A stretch of DNA of 64,000 nt from Eledone cirrhosa (Eukaryota), in contig OZ024763.1 of assembly GCA_964016885.1 (NCBI GenBank), positions 20,646,001 to 20,710,000 of the forward strand, in the 5' to 3' direction. Below are positions 25,340 to 38,702 of this stretch, one piece after another; position 1 is the first letter of the stretch; each line of letters begins with the position of its first letter. The notes beneath the pieces are model-generated. The model searched no databases, was not told the DNA's origin, and worked only from the letters and a program-made list of their open reading frames with translations. The translations under genes and the position numbers were made by a program.

Positions 25340-26145
25340 CTCTCCCTTCTTTTTCTTCTTCACCCACTTATTCTTGAGAGGGTCATGGGTGCAGAGTCTT
25401 CAAACACTCCTTCCAGCAAGTCCTGTCAGAAGCAACCATCTCCAACTGATCTAGCTGGATCTCCAAGTGAGACCAGACGATCTCATGGATGTTATCCAAC
25501 CATCTTGCTTGGAGTCCACCCCTGTGTCTCTTGCCAGTTGATTTTGCTTGTAAAATCTGTCCAGGGATTCTTTCCTGAGACATTCTAACCCCATGCCCAT
25601 ACTATCGGAGCTGTCATATCTCAGGTAAGGGTTGGCATGAAGCGCATTTGACTCTTATGCCTATATCCCTTCTGATTACTGAATGCTGAAGCTGGCGCAT
25701 TACTACATCACTCGTGAACACGGTCCTGAAATACATGAACTTCTCTCCCTGCTTCAGTGGAACTCCATTGATATGTAGCACGCCCATAAAACCTGTCCAG
25801 CGATTCTTTCCTGAGACATTCTAACCACATGCCCATAGTATCGGAGCTGTGATCCCTCAACTGGGAGAAGTAGCAGCTCTACCTGGAGTGACTCTTTGAT
25901 CTCAGAGCTACAAATCCGTTTAGTGATTCTTTCCTGAGACATTCTAACCACATAACCGTAGTATTGGAACTGTGATCTCTCAATTCGGAGAAGTAGTGGC
26001 TCTATCTGGAGTAACTCCAGTGATTCTTTCCTGTACATTCTAACCACATAACCATAGTATGTAGCTTTGATCTCTCAATTTGGAGAAGTAGTGGCTCTAC
26101 CTGGAGTGACTCTTTGAGCTCTGAGTTACGCATATTTTTCGAAGC
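25340..26145 (-). mobile_element. RTE-like LINE 3' remnants, internally duplicated
   Basis: Repeated LQVEPLLLxIERSQLRYYGHVVRMSQER. Related pieces lie at 6290-6540 and 36670-36875. Confidence 0.7.
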
Positions 26146-26665
26146 ACAGTTTCTACAACAGGATTTTTTTTTCACTTCATTCTGCCCCATATTACTGAGG
26201 ACCCACCCACTCCACCCCAATCCCACCTTTCAACATCAACAAGAAAACAAAATGAAATTAAGTCCTAAGTGAAGTTTCACTCGAGATATAAAACCCACAG
26301 ATTTAGATTTTTTTTTGTGTGTTTTTTCTTTTCATTTTAAAGTGAAGATTTTAAACCAATTTTCCAGTTTTCAAATTGATTAACAATTCAGCCTTAACCA
26401 GAGCTGTTTGGTGGAGATTACACTGGAAACCATCATTATCATCATCACCATCATGAAAAATATGTCCTGGTTTCTTCTCTTTGGAATTGAATTTAGATTT
26501 AAATTTTATAAACCGCTTTCAAGCATTGTTTGATTGTTATTTTGTTATCCACGAGAAGTTGGAGAATGACATCAATTGCCGATGTAGTATTTCATGGAAT
26601 CAATTTTCCTTCTTTTTTTTGTATGAGATATTTAGGTTGGTGTGTGTTCGTGTGGATGTATCTTT

Positions 26666-26960
26666 TTATGTCAAGCATTGTGTGCTGAGTGCTAATCTGT
26701 TATTTATTTGTGGGTTGAGTCTACAGATGAGCAAGGCTTCCTTAATTCTTAAATTACCCACATTTCTTTCTCCAGCTTCAATAATGACTTTTATAATTTT
26801 GTTGGTGTATCTGCATTTGTCAATGTGCTTTTTGGATGAGGATGTGTGTATGTGTGTTGAGGTGTTCTTTAATGTGGGTGTAGAATGCTTGAATTGTGCT
26901 ACCAATGTAGAACACCGGTCAATATATGACATTACTCCAACAGCAATTCCACATCTTCAA
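26666..26960 (-). pseudogene. Degenerate Penelope-like GIY-YIG endonuclease remnant
   Basis: SYIDRCS...KHIDKC...LRIKEALLICRLNPQINNR matches the YIG...H...KEALLI..xPxIN pattern of PLE endonucleases. Confidence 0.65.
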
Positions 26961-27637
26961 TTGGTTTCGGGAAGAAGGTCCCTGGTTTGACTAACAGTGG
27001 AGCCCAGGTGGACGAACGTGGGGATTAACATTGTCGAAGGGTGTGGAACGCTTGAGTCATGCTACCAACTTCTTACATTTGTTGTATTCAATCCAGTATA
27101 CCACATGTATCCGCTGGCACATACCTGTGTCGCCAATAGGGCAGTTAGTCAGCGAGCATTGGTTGTTGTTGTCTCTGGATTGCTTTTTAGATAGATATCC
27201 ACACAGTGAAGGGACAGAGTGTGCTAACTGTATGTCCAGTCCTTCATTGCGGATAGACGTACAGACAGGGGTACACATACACATGCATACACGCACATAT
27301 ACATACATATATGCACAGGTACACATACACATGCATATATACTCACATGCACACATACATACACATACTCACATAAAATATTTCTCACATGCATACACAC
27401 ACACCTACATACGCACAGGTACACATTCACGCACTCACATGCATACACTTACACATACATACACACACACACTCGTACACTTACATATACACAAAGAAAT
27501 TATAAAATATTTCATGAAAAAACAAAAATAAAACAAGACAAATAATTGTAAGTTTTAGAAATATTTATTTTTTCGTTAAATAAATGTTCTCGTTATAATT
27601 ATGAGGATCTAATAAAGTACAAACATATATATATATA

Positions 27638-27738
27638 CAGGGTGTCCCCCAAAAATGTATACACTCTCCAACAGCATTCTAATAAATATTGTCTGTACAG
27701 GTAATCAAAATGTGTATACATTTTTGGGGGACACCCTG
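27638..27738. mobile_element. ~100-bp Tc1-like MITE in (TA)n
   Basis: cagggtgtcccccaaaaatgtatacac...gtgtatacatttttgggggacaccctg. Copies lie at ~23096, 58038, 60409-60736 (cluster) and 62353. Confidence 0.8.
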
Positions 27739-29512
27739 TATATATCATCTTATAATAAATCAACCTCCAGTGCATTACTGGTACTTTATCCCCCACCCAT
27801 CCCACCCCACTATAAGGATGAAAGACAAAGCCAAAGTGTTTAACCCTTTACGTTACTCTATATATACTATGGTATTTTCACGGTAAAGGCTTTACCTCAC
27901 ATAATATTGAATCTATGGGTTTTTGATATTATTTATTTTGAGAACAATACCTTAACAAAAATATGAGCAGCTGGTTATAACCGGTTTGAACAGAAAGAGG
28001 TGATAGAATTCTGGCCGGATATGGCAGGTTTAAATGCTAAAGGGTTAACTCTTGGGTACAATAGGTGGGCAAAATCCATTGTTTTCCTCCCCACGAAAAA
28101 AAAATCAAAAAATTATTGCATAGAACTTCCTACGTGGGAGAATAAAAATAACATTTAGTTTTATTGCTTTAAGTTTCTTATTTATTATTGCAGTTCTTGA
28201 AGATAACTTTAATGTTTTCATTGCATGTATGAATGCTTGCGTACCTCCTGAGAGAGTTGTTGGGGTGCTGTATCAAAATATGGCATTCCTAGGGCATTTT
28301 TTAACCTGGCAGAGCCCATCTCTCTCCTGGTCGGAATACAGCAGATTTCTTCCAGAGGAGGATAGAAAGTGAAAGAAATATAGAAGAAGAATCGATTCCA
28401 GGACTTGACTATTGTATTTTCACAGTAAACACTTTATCTCACATAATACCGAATCTATGAGATTTTGATATTTTGAGAAAAATACCTTAACATCAGTATG
28501 AGTGGCCAGTTATGGCGGGTTTGAACAGAAAGACGTGAGAGAATTCTGGCCGAATGCAGTTAGTTTAAAAGATAGAGGGAACTTTCTCATTATTAAATTG
28601 CTGCTTGGAACATAAATTAATCATATTGAAGCTTGGAACATAACTTAACCATATTTCTATTGAAAGACATAGCCCCTGCACGGACACACTAGAAGAGGGA
28701 GACCGAGGTTGACATATGTTGATGCCATAAGAACAGACACCGGTCTCTTGGAGACGCAGGACATGGCAGCAATGATGAGGGACAGAGACCGCTGGAGAGA
28801 ACTCGTCCATGGATCTCGGGAATTTTACCCACCCTAGATAGATAAGCTGGAGTTTAGAACATAATTTAACCATATTTCTTATGAAAGACATAGCCTATGA
28901 TTTTGAAATAATTTTGAAAATAGTCAAGAATTTGGTGGGATTTAGAAATATATGTAACTTTCTTGTTATTAAGTTGGAGTTTGGAATATAACTTAACAAA
29001 AATTACATTATGATGGAATGTTTTTAGATAAATATAAACATTTTCAATTTAACAAAATGCAAGAATGATTCCAACTACTCTGGACATTTCCTGGAGACAA
29101 CATCCTATGAAGGAACTTCTCTGTGGTAATTTATCACCAATATCAGATATCATCAGAGAAAGAAGAACAAGATTCACTGGACATTGCTGGAGAGAGGAAA
29201 GGATGAGATCATCAGCGATGTTCTTCTTTGGGAACCGATGCATGGGTGAACAAATGTTGGTAGACATAATTATCTCACCTAATATTGAATCTACGAGATT
29301 TTTATATTACTTATTTTGAGAACAATACCTTAATATCAGTATGAGTGGTCGGTTACAGCCAGTTTGAAAAGAAAGAGGTGAGAGAGTTCTGGCTGGATAT
29401 AGCCGGTTTAAATGCTAAAGGGTTAAAGTGGTTTGGAATTTAAAAAGAGGGGTTAAGAATGATGAACATTTTTTTTTTTTTTAAAAGAGGAAAAAAATAA
29501 AATTCTTCTGAA

Positions 29513-29605
29513 CTAAAGTTCTTCCCGTGTTCGTTGATAAGAATCAGCAACTCGGCGACCTTGCAGTAAAATATGATGGGGTATGGATTGGAGGAGAGAC
29601 TGGAC
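29513..29605 (-). CDS. JmjC-domain oxygenase, terminal coding exon (ends REEL*)
   Basis: Strong acceptor ttcttctacag|. Phase-0 translation is VQSLLQSIPHHILLQGRRVADSYQRTREEL-TAG. Total CDS is 1134 nt. Confidence 0.78.
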   Translation of the reverse strand, partial: VQSLLQSIPHHILLQGRRVADSYQRTREEL

Positions 29606-29837
29606 CTGTAGAAGAAAGAGATAAAAAAAAGAAAAATAACTAAATCAACAAAGTAGGAATTCAAAGGATTATTAATCATATCTTTCATCATCACCATAAT
29701 CATCATCATCATCACCGTTTAACATCTATTTGTTATTAATCGTGTCTTTCACCACCATTACCATCATCATCATCACTGTATAACATCTATTTATTATTAA
29801 TCGTATCTTTCATTAAACTGTGTATAAGGGGGATAAG

Positions 29838-30118
29838 TTATAGTGTGTGGGAGAGAAGACTGAGATGGTATGGACATGTGATGCGCATGGAGGATGACCG
29901 CTGGGTAAAGAAGTGCCAAGAAATCCCAGTAGAAGGAAGACTACGAAAAACATGGGCGGAGATGGTGAGAACAGACCTCAGATCGCTGAAGCTCACAAAG
30001 GAGATGACGAAGGACCGTGACAAGTGGATAGATGTTGTGCTGAATAGGACCTGTCCCACCCTTGCAAGCAGGGAAAAGTGGACGTAAAATGACGATGATT
30101 CATCATCATCATCATCAT
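29838..30118 (+). mobile_element. RTE LINE 3' fragment
   Basis: ERRLRWYGHVMRMEDDRWVKKC. Related fragments lie at 6694-6900 and 57210-57410. Confidence 0.8.
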
Positions 30119-30295
30119 TTAATATCTATTTTCTATTTTTCCATACTAGTATGGGCTAGCTGGGCTGTCAGGTTTCTGAAGTCTGACAGCTCAAGTGACC
30201 ATGTCTTGCTTGTTCATTCTGTTTTGCGGTTTGGTTTTCTAAGGCTGGATGCTCCTCTTAATACCATCCACTTTACAGCATGTACAGGGAGCATT

Positions 30296-30785
30296 TTGTT
30301 GTGGCACCAGCACTACCTTCTTTATGAGGTAAGACTGGGTCCTATTTTGTGGTGACACCAGCACTACCTACCTTATGAAGTAAGACTGGGTCCTATTTTG
30401 TGGTGACACCAGCACTACCTACCATATGAGGTAAGACTGGGTCCTATTTTGTGGTGACACCAGCACTACCTACCTTATGAGGTAAGACTGGGTCCTATTT
30501 TGGGGTGACACCAGCACTACCTACCTTATGAGGTAAGACTGGGTCCTGTTTTGGGGTGACACCAGCACTACCGACCTTATGAGGTAAGACTGGGTCCTGT
30601 TTTGTGGTGACACCAGCACTACCTACCTTATGAGGTAAGACTGGGTCCTGTTTTGGGGTGACACCAGCACTACCTACCTTATGAGGTAAGACTGGGTCCT
30701 GTTTTGGGGTGACACCAGCACTACCTACCATATGAGGTAAGACTGGGTCCTGTTTTGGGGTGACACCAGCACTACCTACCATATA
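30296..30785. repeat. 54-bp minisatellite, about 9 units
   Basis: Unit gtgacaccagcactacctaccttatgaggtaagactgggtcctgttttgg. Confidence 0.92.
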
Positions 30786-31932
30786 AGTTAGTCTAAGTCT
30801 AAAGTCTATCTCAAGCCTGGAGGCTCATCAGGACACTACTTATCTCAGTTTCTGTGGCGTGAAGCGATTGAGAGTAAAAGACTCCCCCATGGACAGGAAG
30901 CTAATTCATCGCAGAGTTAAACTCCCAGTTATTACTGGTACGCAGTTTCAGCTGAGTACACTGGGGCAACGTGAAATGAAGTGTCTTGCTCAAGAACACA
31001 ACACACAACCAAGTCCAGGAATCAAATCCACAACATTATGATCATGAGTTCAACTCCCTTACCACTAGGCCACATGCCTCCATCTTATAAGATAAGATTT
31101 TGTAGTGGCACCAGCACTATGTACCTTATAGAGGTAGAACAACAATCTCATTGGTAGATTGATATTTTTATAGACAGAATAACTAAGTGGATAATGTTTA
31201 AAATAATAATAATAATGAAATTATTGTGTAAAGTGCTCAGGTGCACTACAACTCGTCAATATAGTACATAGAATAATACACAAATGTCAGGGAAGTACAT
31301 GTGTGTATGTGTTAGCTGTTCTGTTGGCGGATCTCGGGAAGCATGGAGGCCTTAAAGGATGCAGTGTCTCGACAGCTAACAACTGATGCAGGTAGTTTGT
31401 TCCATGCTTCAGCAACTCTGAGCGTGAAAAAATGTTTCCGAAAGTCATGGGAACTGTGCTGTTTGTTTAGCATGTTCTTGAAGTTTTTTGTGGCACCAGT
31501 ACTACCACCTTACAGAGTGGACTGGGTACTACCACCTTACAGTAAAGATATTTTCTGCTAAATCATTACAAGATGTTAAGAGTTAATACTGCAAATATCA
31601 TGATCGGTCCACTTATAAGGATACTTTAAACATTTTAAATATTTTTTAAAATCTATCCATGAGGTTTAGAGCTAATACTACAAATTGCTCAATGATCTGT
31701 CAACTAGTAAAGATACTATAAACATTTGAATTAACAAACCCATTTTTAGATATTTTCTGCTAAATCTTTACACAATGTTAAGAGTTGAAACTACAAATTT
31801 CACAATCTGTCCACAAGTAAAGATACTATTATAAATATTTGAATGAGCAAACCTATTTTTAGATATTTTCTGTTAAATTATTACAAGTTGTTAAAAGTTA
31901 AAAAATATGAAAAAATGTAGAAAATAACAAAC

Positions 31933-32082
31933 CTGATCTTTTATAGAAAGACTTTCAAAATTGTCTGGTAGGATATGTTTATGTAAATTACCAACTTTAA
32001 TAATCTCTTCCATGATAACCAAATAATTCTTGGAGTTCATTATTTGACTAGAAATGGCCATTGTTTCTTCCAAATTGTAGGC
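31933..32082 (-). CDS. JmjC-domain oxygenase, coding exon 7
   Basis: tttcag|...|gtttgt, 150 nt. Translates as AYNLEETMAISSQIMNSKNYLVIMEEIIKVGNLHKHILPDNFESLSIKDQ, the end of the JmjC fold. Confidence 0.9.
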
Positions 32083-32267
32083 CTGAAAAGCATAAAGACA
32101 TACAAGTAAAGATATATATATGCATATATATAAGTAGAAGTTGTATTTAATTTGTTGGAAGTCCGACAAACATAAATGTTTATAACTGATTTAGAGCACT
32201 CAACAAATACTGGAGTAAATATTCAATGATATTAAATGAATGTAAACTATATTTATAAAACCATATT

Positions 32268-32332
32268 TATTTTATTATATATATTTCAAGGGCAACCAAG
32301 ACAACATTGGTGCGCTTTCATCAGATAAAATA
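32268..32332 (-). ncRNA. Type I hammerhead ribozyme
   Basis: tattttat-CTGATGA-aagcgcaccaa..ttggttgccctt-GAAA-tatata-TA-ataaaata, with a perfect 8-bp stem I. Confidence 0.7.
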
Positions 32333-33712
32333 CAAAGACTACCCAGTGAATTTCCAACCGATAAGGTATGATTTCCATGGGTACGTCTCTATTTATAAAA
32401 CAAACTTTGTATTTTATCTGATGAAAGCGTACCAATGTTGTCTTGGTTGCCCTTAAATATATAATAAAATAAATATGGTTTTATAAATATAGTTTCCATT
32501 CATTTAATATCATTGTATATATATATATATATTTAGGGAGTGTAATGTGTAGTTGCTGTATGTTCACCCGAGTGAGCACTCAATGCATAGTTTCCAGTCT
32601 GTAAAAAGGTGTAGAACTAAACAGAGTGTAAATATAATAATTGTTTCTACTTTTGGCACAAGGCCAGCAATTACCCAGTGCATTACTGGTACTTTATTTT
32701 ATCGATCCTGTAAGGATGAAAGGTAAAGTTAACCTCAGCGGGATTTGAACTTAGAATGGCAAGGGCCGTAATTCTATGCATCAAAGCATGGCGTCCAGCC
32801 CTCTACCGATACAGCCAATCCACCGTAAATATAATAATTGTTTCTACTTTAGGCACAAGGCCAGCAATTACCCGTAAATATAATAATAAAAGGATGATTT
32901 GTTATGATACGTTTATTGAGTAGTGACGCGTGTTTCGCTATTGATCAGCTCAAGGTTCGATCTGTATCAATTTAGCCTGACTCTGGAATGAAAAGATCGT
33001 CCCACGAGCTTTTGATTCCAGAGTCGGGCTAGATCGATACAGATCGAACCTTGAGCTGATCAATAGCGAAACACACGTCACTATTCAATAAACGTAATGA
33101 AGACATAACAAATCGTCTTTTTATCATAATTATATATACTAGCTGGACCCGTGAAAAAATTCACGGATAATCCCCTCTCTCTAAATATATTAAAACCCCC
33201 CTCTCTATATATATAAACCCATCCCTTTCTCTATTAAAACCACCCTCTCTATATGTTATAACACACCTCTCTCTATATATATTTTAACTATCCTTTCTCT
33301 ATATTATAACCATCTCTCTCTATATTATAACCCCCTTCTCTCTATATATTTTAATCCTCCTTTCTCTATATTATAAACCCTTTACAGTGTAGACTGGGTG
33401 TTTTTTGTTGTGTCACAAACACAACCACTTTACAGTGTGGACTGGGTGCTTTTTGTTGTGTCACAAACACAACCATTTTACAGTGTAGACTGGGTGTTTT
33501 TTGTTGTGTCACAAACATAACCACTCTACAGTGTGGACTGGGTGCTTTTTGTTGTGTCACAAACACAACCACTTTACAGTGTGGACTGAGTCCTTTTTAT
33601 CGTGGTACCAAACTGACCCACTGATAGCAATATTTGAAAGTTATATCTATGAAATATCTCACAAGACTTTTGAAATTAAGTAGAAAGAAGAAAGAAATTG
33701 TACAAAACAAAC

Positions 33713-33833
33713 CTGATGATACCAACCAGTGGGGATGATTAGAAGTTCCCCTGACTTTTGCTCAACATCAATGGATTTTGCCATTTGGAACATCGGATAC
33801 TCGGAAAAGTCAGGAGTGAAAGCATCAACTTTG
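33713..33833 (-). CDS. JmjC-domain oxygenase, coding exon 6 (distal His)
   Basis: ttccag|...|gtttgt, 121 nt. Translates as KVDAFTPDFSEYPMFQMAKSIDVEQKSGELLIIPTGWYHQ, the GExxxIPxGWxH motif. Confidence 0.93.
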
Positions 33834-33916
33834 CTGGAACATAACAAATGGAAAATAAAGAGTAAAATTGATAAAAACAAAGAATTGATTGTTAAATATT
33901 ATATAACACAATCTCT

Positions 33917-34277
33917 GATGGTTGATGATGATGATGGTGATGGTGATGGTGATGGTGATGATGATGACGACGATATTGGTGCTGATGATAATGATGGTGT
34001 TGGTGATGTTGGTGATGATGGTGGCGATGATGATGATGGTGGTATTGGTGATAATGGCAATGATGATGATGATGGTGTTGGTGATGATGATGATGATGGC
34101 GTTAGTGATGATGATGATGATGATGATGATAATGATGTTGGTGATGATGATGACCAAGATGAGGATGATGGTGATTATAACGATGATGTCGATGATGATG
34201 ATGATTATAATGATAATGATGATTATAATGATAATGATGATGATGATGAAGTGATGACAATGACAATGACGATGATA
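33917..34277. repeat. (GAT)n compound microsatellite in a JmjC intron
   Basis: Degenerate GAT/GGT triplets between exons 5 and 6. Confidence 0.92.
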
Positions 34278-34306
34278 AAGAGAGCAATACTAATGTAGCC
34301 TGTTAC

Positions 34307-34392
34307 CTGTTATATTTACGACATTCTAGAGGAAAGCCACACTTCTGTTCTGGGATGACATAGAGAAGATCATCCTGACCAGGAGGAAACAA
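34307..34392 (-). CDS. JmjC-domain oxygenase, coding exon 5
   Basis: ttgcag|...|gtaaca, 86 nt. Translates as LFPPGQDDLLYVIPEQKCGFPLECRKYN(S), continuing the KKW-x-LFPP JmjC motif. Confidence 0.9.
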
Positions 34393-34992
34393 CTGCAATA
34401 GAAAGAATTAAACCAAATATAACACCAGGATACAGCAGGGCAGTGTGGCCTAGTGGTAAAGGTGTTGGACTTACAATCATAATGTTGCGGGTTTGATTCC
34501 TGGTTGCTCCAGTGGTAAGGGTGTTCGACTTATGATCATAATGTCGTGGGGTTGATTCCAGGACTGGGTTGTGTGTTATTCTTGAGCAAGACACTTCATT
34601 TCACATTGCTCCCAGGAACATTATGTCTGATGGCCAGTAACACTAAGTACTATACTGTACACTAGATAATGTAGTCATAGATAGTGGAGGTGTGTGGCCT
34701 AGTGGTAAGGGTGTTGGACTTATGATCATAATATTGTGGGTTTGATTCCTAGACTGGATTGTGTGTTGTGTTCTTGAGCAAGACACTTCATTTCATGTTG
34801 CTCCTAAACTGTAGGTGTGGACATAGAACAACTGTAGACAGGTTCAATGATGATAATGAGGAAGATATCAGGAAAGTGATGATGATGAGGAGGAGGAGGA
34901 GGAAGTTATGAAAAAAGTTATGAAGATGAATGGAAATGGTAAAAAAACAAAAATGTTTAAATGCCCCCCAAAATAAAACCCTAGAAACTTAC

Positions 34993-35154
34993 TTTCCATT
35001 TTTTTATCCCTTTCAATACTGCATTTGTTCCGGTCCAATTGTATGGGTCTATGTGAAGTGGGGACCTAGAATGAGCCCCACCCCACAGTAACATGGAATT
35101 CCATGGTCGGATTTCTTTAGGAAACAGAGAGAAGAAGTCTTCAGCAAGCTGAGG
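34993..35154 (-). CDS. JmjC-domain oxygenase, coding exon 4 (HxD motif)
   Basis: ttgcag|...|gtaagt, 162 nt. Translates as PQLAEDFFSLFPKEIRPWNSMLLWGGAHSRSPLHIDPYNWTGTNAVLKGIKKWK, with H-I-D iron ligands and the G-x-K-x-W motif. Confidence 0.93.
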
Positions 35155-36342
35155 CTGCAAGAAAAGAGACAATCCTCGGATTATTCCAGTGGAAGGAAGG
35201 TACAGGTTATTAAACGGATCTAAAAAGCAGTCATCATCATTATCGTCATTTTAACGTCCACTTTTCCTGCTAACGAGGGTTGGACGGGTTTACATAGACC
35301 TAGTCAGTACTGAAGTGGAAGTTACTGATCTCCCAGGCAAGCCAGGGATCTGTGTCTTGCTTTATGTATGGTCTCATACTCTATGGGGTGCACAGGTGAG
35401 GTTGTCATGCCTTTGACACAACAGAAGTGTCATCCCAACCCTTTGTTTGGCAAGTTTTATATGACTGGATGCCCTTCCTGTCACCAACCACTTTACAGCA
35501 TGTACTGGGTGCATTTATTGTGTAGATCACCAACACAAGGGAGGTTGTCATGTCCTTGACACAACTGAGGGTCCTCACAACCCTTTGTTTGGCAAGCTTT
35601 CTGTGGCTGGAAGCCCTTCCTATCACCAGTCAGCTTACAGGGTGCACTGGGTGTATTTTGTTGTGGTACCAACTGTAGTAAGAAGCAAAGGGACCTATCT
35701 TTACATCTCCACTCATGTCTGGACTGAATCTCCTGAGTACATAGCAAAACTTTCACACTCATTTGCACAAGTCATACTACACAGCCACACTTGATTGCGG
35801 CTGAGAGACCAAGGGAGAGACATGGTCCTTTCTCTCACCAGCCACCTTACAGGGTGTCTGTCTTAAGTCAGAAGGCTTGTTAGGCCAGTGCTTATCTCAG
35901 TTTCATGACGTGAAGCATCTCAGAGTACAAAACTCCTCCCTGGATAGGAGACCAGTCCACTGCAGAGTTAAACTGCTGGTACTCATTTTCCGCTGAGTAT
36001 ACTGGAGCAATATGAAATGAAGTGTTTTGCTCAAGAACACAACACACAACCCAGTCCAGGAATCGAACCCACGGCATTATGATCGTAAGTCCAACACCCT
36101 TGCCACTAGGCCACGCGCCTCCACCAGGGTGTACTGGGTGCATTTTCATTGAGTCGGCAGTTAGTATAACAATTCCTATAGACAGCTGTCTTGGTGTTTG
36201 TAGACCTATCCAACCCTTACTAGCAGGGAAGGCAAACACTATTGATGATGATGATGAACCGACAAAGAGCTGATATCTAACCATGGGGTAAGTCAAGCAG
36301 TCAGTGACTAAATCAGTCAGCCAGTCAGTCCCATTTACTCAC

Positions 36343-36486
36343 CGTACTGCCAATGTCCTTCAAGAGAGCTGGATGTGAATTGAGGAAGAGCTCGTCTTCA
36401 ATGTAAAGCCATTGCTGTAGTTCACTGGAGCTGAGAAGTGGTATCATCTGCCGTAGTTGTTCCACTGAACCAAACATCTCGGAACC
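36343..36486 (-). CDS. JmjC-domain oxygenase, coding exon 3
   Basis: ttccag|...|gtgagt, 144 nt, phase 0/0. Translates as GSEMFGSVEQLRQMIPLLSSSELQQWLYIEDELFLNSHPALLKDIGST. Confidence 0.87.
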
Positions 36487-38593
36487 CTGGAACAGACAAA
36501 GAAAAAACTGGTGAGGTTATGGCCTCAACAATCCCATTTCATTTCTCTTCATGAATATTCAGTCTCCAGCCATGACAACTATCTATCTCTGTGAATAGGA
36601 TACAATGTTACAACATGCCTTAGATATTTATCTATCTGCTTACTTATATATCTACCTATCAATCTAAGCTTCTTCTCCTTCTGCTTCACCCACTTATTCC
36701 TGAGAGGGTCGTGGGGCAGAGTCCTCAAACACTCCTCCCAGTGGGTCCTGTCAGAAGAAACCATCTCCAACTGATCTGGCTGGATTCCCATTCATGACAA
36801 GCCAACCTTATGAATGTTATCCAACCACCTTGATTGGGGTCTACCCCTGGGTCTCCTGCCGGGTTGCTTTTGCCCAGCTATTTATATATCTATCTATCCA
36901 TTTATCTATCTCTGTGAATAGGATGCAATGTTACAAAATACCTTAGATATCTATCTCTCTATCAACCTACCAATTTATGTATCTGTGTCTATATACCAGT
37001 CTATCTACCAAACTATCAATCTATCTGTCTATCTACCTACCTACCTATTTATCTATCTGTGTCTATATACCAGTCTATCTATCTCTATCTGTCTATCTAC
37101 CTACCTATTTATCTATCTGTGTCTATATACCTGTATATCTACCTATCTCTCTATCAATCTATTTATCTCTGCAGATAGGATGCAATGTTACAACACACAT
37201 TAGATATCTATTTATCTACCCACCTCTCTCTCTCTATCTGTCTGCCTATATCTATCTCTCTATCTAATTATCTGTCTTTCTATATATGCCTTTCTCTCCG
37301 GACAACAATTGATTCCCTTCTTTAAGTATCACTTTAGAAGGAGAATCAGAGTGGAGAGAGAGGCACTGCACCCTAGTAAATGTACTGAAAGGTGGGTGAA
37401 TGTGGCAAAAATGACCCGAGAGATTGGGCTTTCTCTGTATATAAGCCTGTAGGTTAAAGAAGAGAGCAAAAAGAAGAAAGGAGCACTTGCACAACATGCT
37501 CCTGAATTTGAGGGCTGCTCTATCGACGGGGTATTAAACAACCCGTTTGCGGCGCCTCCCCCCTATTGGGGATTTCGATTGTTATAATTGCTTGTTTCAT
37601 ATTTTTACATGATTGTATGTAAAATCTCCGGCATGTCTTTGTTTTGTCCCCTTTTCTTGTGCGCCCTTGTGGCTAATAAAGAAATCTATCTATCTATCTA
37701 TCCATCTATATATCTATCTATCTACCACTCTATCCATCTATCTCTCTCTTTCTATCTATCTATCCCTGTGGACAGGATGCAATGTTACAACATACATTAG
37801 ATATCTATCTCTCTATCTATCAACCTATCTAGCTATCTCTCTATCTGTGAATCTCTCTATCTACCTATCTATCCGCAGAACAACTGCTGTCGCGTATGGG
37901 ACAAATACAGTTGACTGCCGAGTCCATAGTAAGGATCAAACCGCCAGACTCTTTCAAAAACGAAAGAGAGGCGGTTTTCCTCTGTACGGTGGCTATGGTG
38001 AAAGAAGTTATATGGTGGACGAGGTTGAGAGGACTGAGGACAGATGCCTTTCTCTCCGGACAACAATTGATTCCCTTCTTTAAGTATCACTTTAGAAGGA
38101 GAATCAGGGTGGAGAGAGAGGCACTGCACCCCAGTAAATTTACTGAAAGGTGGGTGAATGAAGCGAAAATGGCCCGAGTGATTGGGCCTTCTCTGTTTAT
38201 AAGCCTGTAGGTTGAGGAAGAGAGCAAAAGGAAGAAAGGAGCACTTGCACAACACGCTCCTCGAGTTGAGGGTTGTTCTATCGACGGGGTATTAAACAAC
38301 CCATTTGTGGCACCTCCCCCCTATTGGGGATTTCGATTGTTGTAATTGTTTGTTTTTATATTTTTTACACGACTGTATGTAAAATCCCCGGCATGTCTTT
38401 GTATTATCCCCTTTCTTGTTGCGCCCTTGTGGCTAATAAAGAAATCTATCTATCCATCTCTCTATTTATCTATCTGTCTCTCTCTCTATCTATCAATCTA
38501 TCTACCACTCAACCCATCCATCCCTCTCTCCATCTATATATCAGTCTATCTATCTATCTATCCCTGTGGACAGGATGCAATGTTACAACATAC

Positions 38594-38702
38594 CTTAGAT
38601 ATTTTCACAGTGACCCTCTCATGTCCATATTTTGTCTGTAGAAACTCTTTAGTCCAGTTAAATGCTGGCCACTTGGTGATAACATCAGTCAGAATGACAG
38701 GC
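38594..38702 (-). CDS. JmjC-domain oxygenase, coding exon 2
   Basis: tttcag|...|gtatgt. Translates as (W)PVILTDVITKWPAFNWTKEFLQTKYGHERVTVKISK, the typical cupin-like JmjC N-terminal motif. Phase matches exon 1. Confidence 0.9.

Noticed and set aside
30296-30785. CRISPR-like or 18-aa repeat-protein appearance
   Set aside because: The units are contiguous with no unique spacers, they lie in a eukaryotic intron, and there are no cas genes.
33138-33375. Helentron/DINE-like start (tactagctggacccgtgaa...ttcacgg)
   Set aside because: Only a short terminal motif and hairpin are present and no matching other end was found, so it is too weak to annotate.
33729-34298. Asp-rich 189-aa ORF
   Set aside because: It is a (GAT)n microsatellite antisense to a JmjC intron and exon.
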